Positions 12,807-23,811 of a DNA stretch of 64,000 nucleotides are shown here, piece after piece. Origin of the DNA: Lytechinus pictus (Eukaryota). The stretch spans positions 24,614,001-24,678,000 of the forward strand of contig NC_087254.1 of NCBI RefSeq assembly GCF_037042905.1. Reading direction: 5' to 3'. Under the pieces are notes generated by a model. The model did no database searches. It had not been told where the DNA came from and saw nothing but the letters and a program-made list of their open reading frames with translations. Within the stretch, counting starts at the first letter, position 1. Each line of letters begins with the position of its first letter. The translations under genes were made by a program, and so were the position numbers.

Positions 12807-15800
12807 ATGTGGATGCTCATGAGGATGATCGCCATGTCTTTGCTGGCAGGTAACCACAGTTAAAATGTGAAAGGATTTCCTTTGTAGCAAATATCAATGG
12901 TTTTTATTTTCATTTTGTTAATTTGGCGCTAAGCTATGATATGTTCCTGATGGTTATTCACCTAATATATTTGTTACCTAATTATTTTTCACACATTTCG
13001 AGTTTGAAATGTGGTATTGCGGCGTACCTTTTGAGGTGCATGTGAATGGGGATGTGCATACAGATAATAAACATGAGGGCGTGGCTTTGTGTGTGAGGGT
13101 GTGTATGGGTAGGTGGGTTTCAGGTTTTATGAATATGGGTGTATGTACTTACTCACACAGGCAACTGAATATCTACAAATGATTTTAATTTATACGTTCT
13201 GTTTAACGAAATTTATGTAATCTATAATCATTATTGAACCCTTTTATATGTGTTATGGAAATGTTAAATATTGTTGTATTTTTATTATGAAGATGTATCT
13301 TAGTCTTTTATATACTTCAATATATAATAATAAAAGTAACAACCATTACAATAATGATGAGAATAGTGTATACTAATATGCCAAAAGAACATATAATAAT
13401 GATAGGAATAACAGTATTTATAATAATTATGATCAATATTGGTATATTCAAATTGAGAATGACAATGATACAGCAATTTTATTTTTGATAATGATTTTAG
13501 TTTTGTGTCATAAACAATGACAATTGTAACTAAGCTTTGATTCCTTTGAGAATGATTGTACAAATTACCCATGCACTGTCCCTTGAAACTTGTAGGTCGT
13601 TCCCCCATTCCTTCAGCCATCAAATGATACCTCAGTTGGTCGGCAAGTTTCAGAAATCGGACGTAGTTTTGATAGAACTTTATTTTCAATTTATCTATAT
13701 ATCATTATTTCCAAGCGACCATACCAAAAGCATCTCAAGGTGAATATACCTGGGTTCAAATGTAATTAACTAGTTTTAGTAAAGGGTGAACGCCATGAAG
13801 CGGAGGCATTTAGAAGGGGTGCTGTTTGCAGCCATTAAACGTCACGGAAAAGACAACCAGCTATTACCATGATAACAATGATTCTACTTCCAGGGCTCTC
13901 AACAGTCAGTGCCTGCGCGCCAGGAGACAGCGGAGGTGGTGGTAGCTCCGGTGTCGATGAATATCTAGACACGACGCCAGAATCGCCTGTGGATCCCATC
14001 CATGCCACAATCCTCTTCATCGTATCAAATCCTTGTCGGTCTATAACTGGCCCAGATGGTTTGACCAGTCAACTGGTTCCTGGTCCCATACCTGACTTAG
14101 CGAACATCAGGTTTCCCAGTATTTCAAGATCTCTCGTGTGTCAGCTGCCTTGTAAGTGCTTTCGGGATTTCGGGAAGTTCATTGCTCTACCACTAATTTT
14201 GTATCTCTTTTATTAATTTCAAAGTGTATTTTCAAATTAAAATCATCATGCGTTTATAGTGTTCTTTTTTCAAATTCTTCATTTTATTAGATAATTATTT
14301 CATCAGTTGAATGGCATAACAGAATAAATTTTAATATTTGATTTTTTTTAAAGAAAGGACATCAGTATCGATTACTCGAAAGCGCAAAAAAATTGCCATA
14401 GTATGCTCACTCATTATTCCCTTCTTACGGTTTTTCCCCCTTTTTTTTCAAGCAATGGCAAACACTACATCATCTGAGATCACGGGGACATCCACAACTG
14501 AAATGCCGACGACCGAAGAGATGATTACAACAAATAGTGTCTCTACATCGACGATTTGGACAACAATGACCTCTATGGTGGGTTATTCGACCCCGACAAC
14601 GTATGCGGCAATGACAACACCTAGTGTATTCAGTCACCTCGGTAGGTGCTGGAATATATTCTGTCAAACTCGTGAGAAACATGTTTAGAAATGCGTACGT
14701 TATCCCCATGTAGGCGTATATATATTTTCTTGTCTTTGCCAGAAACAACAATACATTATTGCATCGTGAATTATATCTCAACAGTCTCTTTGGCCATTGT
14801 ATAGGCAATTCAAACATGAAACCTCAAATTTCTTTTCCTTAACAGGTGAAGGTCCGATAATGCTTATCCTTGACAGGTCGAGGAAGACAATCTTCGTTGG
14901 AAGTGCTCTTAATCTTCAGTTTGCGACACACCTGACCATTCCTCAATACGTGGACCCGATTGGAATGACGATAAGCACTTCCAACTTTCGGGTGTTCTGG
15001 ACAGATCTTAAGACCAACCGAATACACGGTTCGAACCTTTTGGGTGAATACCCTAGGATATATTCCTTGGGCTTGTTCGAAGGTATGTTAATTGATATGA
15101 TTGCTGATAATTAGAAGATATTTGAATGATAATAAATAATAGCGTACTTTAGCATCCATTTCGCAGACGATCTCTGCAACATTGAAAATGCCCACCGTCA
15201 AATCGTAATGGACACCACATCTTCTTCAGATTCGGACCGGGCAAAAAATTTATGTTATTAGTTCACCGATTTTCGACGAAGGCTGCTTTGTTATGAAGGG
15301 CTTTTGACAAAATATTCTCTGCATTATAGAAAGCGTCTGAGAAGCGATTGATACAATGCCCTATTGACGTTCCTTTGAACAGGGCAATTAAAAGATACCA
15401 ATGCAAGATGTGTTTGATTAAATTTTTTTATAAAACCACGTTGTGCTTTCTATTATTCAAAACTATGAAAGTTGTTTATTATTTTTTTACTTTTTAAATA
15501 ACTTGATTAAAAAGTTTAAACAGTTGTTTAATTTTTTTAAACTGTAGTTGTTAGAGTGACGGGCTTAATTAACGTATTAAAAAATGAAACAGCGTTTTTA
15601 CAGTGTATTCTACATATAATGAGGTTGAAACGGAAGGGAAACTAATTCATCGTAATATATTCCATTAGAGTCATTATTTTTGTCAAGCCATAATAGGTAT
15701 CGCTGCTTTGAAAACGTATCATGTAATATATATACATACATATATATATATATATATACATACATATATATATATATATATAAAAGAAGACTTAATAGAA

Positions 15801-18800
15801 ACGCCGTGAGGAAACATAATCTTCAAAATTTTCGGTCATAGACCTTCTTCATGGATGAAGGTCTATGACCATGATGACCGAAAATTTGGAAGATTATGTC
15901 TCCTCACGGCGTTTCTATTAAGTCTTCTCTTGTTTCTACATTATGACGCCGACGCGGAACTCTTTGATTTTATATATATATTTAGATTTAGATTTAGATT
16001 TATTCATTTTCCGTTCACAAAGCACAACAAAATCAAACAATACATAGTCAAATTTGAAGTACAACCTCAATCGGAGTAAGGTATAAACAATGAGAACTAA
16101 TGCGAACTAAAGTAACTTTGACTATAATGACTATATAAAACAGAACGGAGGGGCTTGCCAAGAAAAGAAAAGCTTGTATGAGAGGCAAGCCCCCGTAACT
16201 TAGTTTCAGTACGTATATTACAAAACTATAATATAAAGGAGAGACGGAAGACAGTTTAAAAGGAGGCTATACAAAATATCAAAGGTAACAACGAAAGAGT
16301 GACACAAATTAGAATAAGTGATAATAGTAATAATAATAATAAAAAAATAATAACAATATGGTTACAATTATTGTGATAATGAGGGAGGAACTGAGAAGCA
16401 AATGTAGGGAGAGAGGGGGGGTGCAGGTACAATTGGAGGTGCAAAGAGGAGCATGGCAGGTGCGGGAAAAGGTCGGCAGGCAAGTTGTATCCTGGGAGGT
16501 TAAACAAAAAGTTTTTGTTGTATATAGTTTTGGTTATATGGTAGATTGACTTGTTTGTGTAAAGTATTGGCAAATAAGCATCTTTTTAAGGTTATGTTTA
16601 AAAATTGTGATGCTTGGGGATTCCTTAAAGGCGTTGGGCAAGGAATTCCAATATACGGGACCAGAAAAGACAAAATAATTTTTTGCAAGTAAAGTTCGGG
16701 TTGGAGGTAGGTGATAAGAGTTTCGTTGTCTTGTAGGATAATCATGTACAGAGGAGTTTTTGCAGAACATAATTGAAAAAATTGCGGGGAGATCATCTTT
16801 ATTTAGTTTGAAAATAAATTGGCCGAGTTGGAACAAATATATATCATTAACTTTAAGGATTTTATTTTCAAAAAATAATTTATCTGTGTGACATCTGAAA
16901 TGTGTATGAAATATTATCCTAAGTGCTTTTTTCTGTAACAAAAGTATCCTATGTAATTGTGTTTGGATTGCACAACCCCATGCCAAAATACCGTAATTAA
17001 TGTATGGTAATATTAAGGTGTGATATAGTGTAAGTAGTGTACGAGATGGAAGAAAAAATTTGAGCTTGTTGATAATTCCAATATTTCTTGAAATTGTTTT
17101 GCATATATTGTCGATGTGTGGTTTCTATAATAATTTATTATCAATAAGTACACCCAAGAATTTTGTTTCAGAAACATTTTCAAGGACAGTGTTATAAAAA
17201 ATGAGATTGTCGGGCAAACTATTTATTCTATTACTGAATAGCATGTAATTTGTCTTTTGTAAGTTAAGTGAGAGTTTATTTGCCTTGATCCATTCAGTCA
17301 CATGCATTAGTTCAGAGTTAACAATCCTAATAAGTTGGTTTATGTTATCATGAGAAAAGAAAATGTTGGAATCATCAGCAAAGAGTATGAATGAAAGTAA
17401 ATTTGAAGTTTTGTGGATGTCATTAATGTAAGTGATAAAAAGAAGAGGGTCGAGTAAGCTACCCTGTGGTACCCCGCATGTAATTGGAAGGTTGGATGAA
17501 TTGTGATTGTTTATTGATACAAACTGAGTCCTGTCTGTAAGGTAGCTCTTCAACCACTCCAAGGCCTTCTCCCTAATACCGTAATAGAATTTCGTGGTTA
17601 ATGGTGTCGAAGGCCTTGGAGAAGTCCAGGAAAATACCGACAGTGTGACAACTTTTGTCAGTGGAAGTAGTGATTTTGTTAATGAAAGATAAAATTGCAT
17701 GCGAGGTGCTGTGATTTTCGCGAAACCCAAATTGAAAGTCCGAAAAGATATTGCTATTTTTAAAGGACGCACTAGTTCGTGTATGGACAAGTTTTTCAAG
17801 AATTTTTGATAACGAGGTGAGCAATGATATGGGACGGTAGTTGGAGACGAGCTGATTATCTCCTTTTTTTAAAAAGAGGGACTACTTTTGCGATTTTCAT
17901 AAGACTGGGTACCCTTCCTGTGTTCAAAGAAATATTAAATATTTATGCACCAAAGGATCGACGATAGCCAAAATAATTTTCTTAAGTAGGAGGTTGGAAA
18001 TACCGTCATACCCCGGGCACTTTTTGGACTGCAGACTGTTAACAATATTTATGATTTCTCTTGAACTTGTGGGATAAAAAAAATGGAGTTTGGGTTTGGG
18101 TTGTCGAGAAAATTGTTGTAAGATTTATTCGTTTGAGGGATTTTGCTTGCTAAATTGTTGCCAACTTGTGAAAAATATGAATTAAACTCTTTTGCTATTA
18201 TGTTATTGTCATCAGTGATGGTATTGTTTGATTTTATTTTTGTAATTGTAGAACTCTTCTTCTTATTGTTTAATGCACCATTGATGATTTTCCATGTGTT
18301 CTTCATATCATTTTTGTATAAATCGAGTTGAGAAGTGTAATATTCTTTTTTCGCAATACGGAGTAAAGATGTAAGAGTGTTTTTATATGAAGTGTACTTG
18401 TAGCGAGATGTATCACTTGGTTTAGTTATGTATTTATAATATAAGTTGTTCATAATTTGATCTTCTGTTGGTTGTAAGGGGAACATGGGTATCTAGAGAA
18501 GAGGTAAGTATGATAATAAAACAGTTGTATGCGTCGTCAGTGTCCGAGGAGTCATATACAGTAGACCAGTCTGTTATGTTTAAATTATTAATCAAATTGG
18601 TTATGTTGTCGTCAGTTATCTTTCGGAATGTAGGATTAAATGTTTCTTTATTGACACTTTTATTCGTAGATAATTTGGCAAAAATTGGAAAGTGATCAGA
18701 GATGTCACTAAGAATAATACCAGCTTTATGATTTTGTCGAATTGTATTACTGAAAATGTTGTCTATTATAGTGGCTGAGTTATTCGTCACTCTTGTCGGC

Positions 18801-19655
18801 TTCGTAATAAGGGGCAAAAAAGAATGTGATAGAAACATTTCAAGAAACTCTTGCGAGGTGCTATTAGAGTTGCAATTTACTAAGTTAATATTGAAGTCAC
18901 CCATAAAAAAAAATCTTTATTTTTCAAAAGAGGATTTAGTAAAATTTCATTCAGGGTTTCTAAAAAAGCATTGGCATTTGAATGTGGAGGTCTATAAAAT
19001 ACACCTAGCATAAATTTTTTACCTCTTGGATTTCTGATTTCAACAAAAAGTGTTTCTAAAACATCGTTAGATATGGTCATGTTAGCTATAAGAGTATAGT
19101 CGTATTGTTGCGGTATGTAAAGTGCGACACCACCCCCTGGTCTTTTTGTTCTATTATTAACAATCAAATTAAAATTGGGGAGTGAGAAGAGGGAACATGG
19201 GTTGTCCGAGAACCACGTTTCAGTTAAACCAATGAATGACGATTGCGGAAACTGGTTATTAATTTTTGCTTGCACTGCGAATGTTTAAATGGAGAAGAAA
19301 GGGGTTTTCCTCGGCTTTGTCTGACGTAACGAATGATCTGAAATGTTGTTCTGTGAAATATTGTGACGTAACGAGCTGCCCGCATTGATCATTGGAATCG
19401 AAATTGTAATTAAGATCAGCGGTATTGTTATCCATGAAATTTCGTATGTGTGTATCGTAATTGGAATTTTCATGATTATCTAATGTTTGAGTAGTGCCAC
19501 GTTGCGCCGAGAGAGTCAACAAGTCATAATTGTTCAAGAAGCTAAATGGAAACTAAGTTAAGTCGGTCATTAAAAAAGGGGAGGAATTAAACAATAGTAC
19601 CTAACGAATAGAATACACTATGCCATATACTTAACTACCTTTAAATAATTTACAG

Positions 19656-19686
<31 letters not shown>

Positions 19687-21403
19687 ACCGAGGGGCGACT
19701 GGCAAGTTTTGAACCTATCACCTTTAACATTTCTTAATTCCAACAAATGTCTAGGTCATAGTAATATCTAGTCTTATTAAACAGGTTCCTAAATTTCGGT
19801 ATCTGGGGCCCGATGCATAAAACTTTTTACCTGAGAAAACTCAGGTTGTTTTTACCTGAGTTTTTGACCTGTGTTAAAGTCAATGGCAGAAATCAGACTA
19901 ACCTTAGTTTTCAGTTTTTACCAGAGTTTTCTCAGGTAAAAAGTTTTATGCAACAGGCCCCATGTGTCTCTTGAAAAATGGTCAAACCTGACTCGATGTT
20001 ACAACCCAATACACAAACCAATATCATTTTTTTTATGTTGCTCACCTATAATGTTCTTGCATTCCTATTCTTATCCTAACAGATCCTGTAAGCATATCAT
20101 ACATCGAGTCTAGTGGATTGATGTACTGCGCATACTCTGAGTCAAATAAGATTACAAGACTCCATCTTGGATATCCAAAATGTGAAAAGGAACTAATTAT
20201 GTACACACCAAAACCAAGAGCACTCGCCATTGATAAATCAAGAAGGTTTGCAATAATAAAATATGTATAAAACTGGTGATGGTGTTGTTGCACGGTTGAC
20301 ATTTATTTAATTGAAAATGTTTTGTAACGCAGCTAGAATATTCCACATCGAGATGGAAAGTCAATTAATGTTGATCAAAGAACGAAAGCGTGAACTTGTT
20401 TTCGATTGAAATTTCGATGATATATTTAACTTTTTGTAGAAACGTGTAATACACAACTTAAGAAAAATATCATAGGCATCTTTTAGTCAAGTCATCAGGA
20501 ATCGTGTTTTTGACAAATCCCCAAATTTCAAATCGTCATAATAGAAAAAAGGTGCAGATGACCATCAAGAAAGCTGCTGGGAGAGGCGGTTTGCCCCTGC
20601 TTTATTGGATTCAAAGAAGTTAACAAGGACTTTTCCATAATGCCTAAACAAATCCCATCCATATGCACGTAATATTAACTCAATTAAAAAAAATATGTGT
20701 TTGTTCTTATTCAAATTATATCTATCCAGGTCACTTTACTGGTCACGCGACGGTGGAATTGAAAGAATAGACCTCGTTTCATTAAGGCGACAAACCATCT
20801 ACCACAACCCTGAACTCAGGAACATTACAGGACTTGCTGTTGATTCAGGTAAAGGATGATATTATGGAAGTTTAAAACAAGTTTGAAGAAATAAATTAAA
20901 ATGAGTGATATGAATAATATGAATAAACATTTATTCTGTACGCGATTCCTGTTCATGTGATACCTGTCGGATTATACAGCTTGCAGTCATAATAACCGTA
21001 ACTGTAAATGTCATTTACTTGAAGCCAAAGACAAAAGTACTACCTTTTGATAATATGTTCTCCTTTTTACCAATGTCAGAACCTTCTTTTTCTACCAGGC
21101 TCAACTACAGTCATCGCTTTCCTAGACACTGTTATTCACCAAGTATTCTACATCGACCTCAATGAACCCGACAATGTCGTCGAACTTACCTCGTCTTTTC
21201 CAGCCCTTGACTTCCCCTTTGTGACACAGCTGAGCGTATATGGCCTGGACATGTTTCTCACGACGTCCGGTGATGCAGCCACAGCCGGTGCGAAGCCTGG
21301 CGTCTTCTGCATGATGAACTACACCAAGGACTCTCGTGATTTGCAGTTCACCGCGGTTGATTCGTTAGACGATCCGGTCGGGATATTCATCGGCCAGTTC
21401 TAA
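12807..21403 (+). CDS. Gene A: secreted protein with signal peptide, N-terminal Cys module, Ser/Thr stalk and C-terminal YWTD-like beta-propeller, 437 aa. join(12807..12849,13894..14151,14453..14641,14846..15082,20083..20245,20730..20848,21099..21403)
   Basis: All introns are GT-AG with consistent phases (1,1,1,1,2,1), giving 1314 nt without a stop. Signal MWMLMRMIAMSLLAGLSTVSA. Thr-rich exon 14453-14641. Blade motifs PIGMTI..RVFWTD, PRALAIDKSRRSLYWSRD and ITGLAVDS. Confidence 0.85.
15785..15970. mobile_element. Penelope-like pLTR remnant forming a ~144-bp fold-back with two degenerate minimal hammerhead cores
   Basis: 15785-15848 is the reverse complement of ~15858-15928. Each arm carries an A-rich core, a ggtc-tat-gacc hairpin and GAAAATTT. 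Flanked by (TA)n. Confidence 0.6.
15981..19655 (-). mobile_element. 5'-truncated, frameshifted CR1/L2-group LINE (APE endonuclease plus RT) in intron 4 of gene A, antisense to it
   Basis: APE motifs HLNIRS, GLTETW, GGGVALY, YRPP, GDFN, IDNIF and SDHFP. RT motifs QFGFR, FLDFSKAFD, GVPQGS and FADD. Tandem 3' tail (TCTAAA)n at 15981-16003. (TA)n on both sides. Confidence 0.9.
19805..19961. mobile_element. Short palindromic MITE
   Basis: TIR GGGGCCCGATGCATAAAACTTTTTACCTGAGAAAACTC and its near-perfect inverse. Confidence 0.8.
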
Positions 21404-21710
21404 GTATTTTTAATACTAATTTAGTTTCATATTTCGATTGCTTCACCGCAAATCAATATCATGTTATATTCTGTATTTTTCTAAATAGGTAATTAGTTCT
21501 ACATTATTTAAATGTTATATTCTGTGACTTTTGTAACTCTTTGTGTGCTATTGCAACTACGTTATGTTATTTTTGTAATATTCTATCAAATTATGTATAT
21601 GGCGATTCCAAGCAAAAGCTGACATTTTCCAAAAATTCATACTGGCTCTATTTCATATCTGGATCCAATAAAAAGTTTAAGTTTTTTTCATACGCATCTC
21701 CCTATAGTGG

Positions 21711-22060
21711 AATCCGAACCATACAATTATATGCGTGGAACTACATATATATTTTTTTCCTTCATTTTAATTCAACAGAAAACTATTGTTTGTTCTGTAA
21801 AATTTTCAGTTTGATAATCTGAAGGTCTTCAATCTGAACCATACAATTACATGCTTGAACTACATATATATTTTTTTCTTCATTTCAATTCAACAGAAAA
21901 CGTTTGTTCTGTAAAATTTTCAGTTTGATAATCTGAAGGTCATCAATCCGAACCATACAATTATATGCGTGGAACTACATATATATATTTTTCTTCATTT
22001 CAATTAAACAGAAAACTATTGTTTGTTCTGTAAAATTTTCAGTTTGATAATCTGAAGGTC
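21711..22060. repeat. Three ~115-120-bp tandem repeats downstream of gene A
   Basis: Unit AATCCGAACCATACAATTA...GATAATCTGAAGGTC at 21711, 21831 and 21944. Confidence 0.9.
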
Positions 22061-22410
22061 ACCATATTTTACATCACATATTTTTTTTTCAAATGTAAGT
22101 TGCAGGAAGGGTTAAAAAAATGTCAAATTTGTGGTGTCAGAAAAGTCTAATGCCACTGACCGTAATGCGACAGACCGGATTTTTTGTATCCACAAAAGAA
22201 ACTTGAAGTTGCTTCCCAAATTCAAATGTCTTATGTGAGATGGATGTATGTTTTGCAGATATTGAAACTGGTAAAAGTGTTTTTATTTGAAAGAATTATA
22301 TATCAAAAAAGTAATCAGTCATTTTTCCGATGTCCTTTTTGTGTAATGCGACTTAACGATTTTTTGGGGACGTCATGGCGTCCACAATATTAGCATACAA
22401 CCTTTCTGTA

Positions 22411-22600
22411 CAGGGCGTAGGCTGGTTTGTGCATTGGGAGGTGCACATCCTGGGGAGGTAGAACAAAGTTTGGAAACCAGCTGTTGAAAGCAGAAAAATG
22501 GGGTACAAATTTCGTTTTGCTTGCCAGTGTCGGAACTCCTATGCCTCAGCTGAAGGGTGGGGGTGCAGGTGCATCCAGTGCATCCCAGCCTATTTCCTTG
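22411..22600. mobile_element. Degenerate hAT-like MITE
   Basis: CAGGGCGTAGGCTGG ... CCAGCCTATTTCCTTG imperfect TIR with GGTGCA repeats. Confidence 0.45.
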
Positions 22601-23811
22601 CAGTATGTATCGTTTTAAAGCCTCGATTGTCAAGATAAATTGACAGTATAAACTTGACAGAACCCCTGTAAAACTGACAGCACCAAGTATTAGAAAAGGC
22701 ATGTAAACGTGTAATACGAATGATCATGGATCATGGATAGGTTTTTGAACTAACTGATCAATAAAGACTATTAAACATTTTTTTTAATGGCAATTGATGC
22801 CATTTTGGAATTAATGAGTAGAATTTCAATGCCTCGCAACATGATGTTCATCATGTTAAAGCTAATAACCTGATTGATCGACTGTGATAACTTGTTTGAA
22901 ACCTGACGATCACGTATTTTATGACTAGAACCGGATCCGACAGCTTTATAATCCTATGTCCTTTTATAGAAGACTAATTTCATATCTTTGTTAGAGCAGA
23001 TTAGATTTATTTTGTTCAACAAAATAATTTAATCGAAGTAACAGTACAAGTACATGTTCAAAATAATACATACAGTTCAATTACATTTCATTACAAATTA
23101 TTAAAGAGAGCTTGTATAAGGGCAAGTCCCTAAACATAGTTAATCCACTATATCATGAATTATAATGCAGGTTTCTGTACTTGACAAATTTCATGAAAAT
23201 TAATGTCTTTCCTTTACAATATAACTTTATCTTTTTGTTTAATTGTGGAGGTTATGAAGCAGTAATATGTAGTAAAACGCCAGTTCACGAATAGTGAATT
23301 AATGAATGATAATATACCTGTATACCTTATTTCCATTTTTTTTTCTTTGAAATGAAAACCTTTCATAGTTTTACATGTAGCTCGAACTTGATCTAAATAA
23401 TACATATCATTTTGAAAAGAAATTGTAAGAAACTTTGTCGCATTCCTTTCAAAGACTTGTGTCATTCTACAGTATGAAAAAGTCATTCTTATTTGTGACC
23501 TATGTGACTGACAAGGGGAATAATGTTAAGTACAAAATCGGTTATTATTTAAGCTTCGATAATATCTACGTGGCGCCAAAAATAAATTGGCCAATCATTA
23601 AGTTCTTTAACAAATATTATCAAAGATTACATACCACATGGTTTTTGTTACAAATCTATGCTACAGTTACCAATGTACCATGAAACATGATACAGTGTCG
23701 CTAGTATCGAATGTGAAGAGTGATTGCGTTATTGGTTTTAAGTAGCTGTTTTTGATAACCATATCATATATAGCAGTTTTAAAAGTCTTATTCTGACGTA
23801 AATGCTGTCGG

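Noticed and set aside
13914-13952. CAPGDSGGGG resembling sperm-activating peptides (speract/resact)
   Set aside because: Only Gly-rich low-complexity similarity; no tandem peptide copies or flanking basic cleavage sites.
21711-22060. CRISPR-like array
   Set aside because: Whole-unit tandem repeats without unique spacers, eukaryotic context, and no cas genes. The same applies to 60900-61610.
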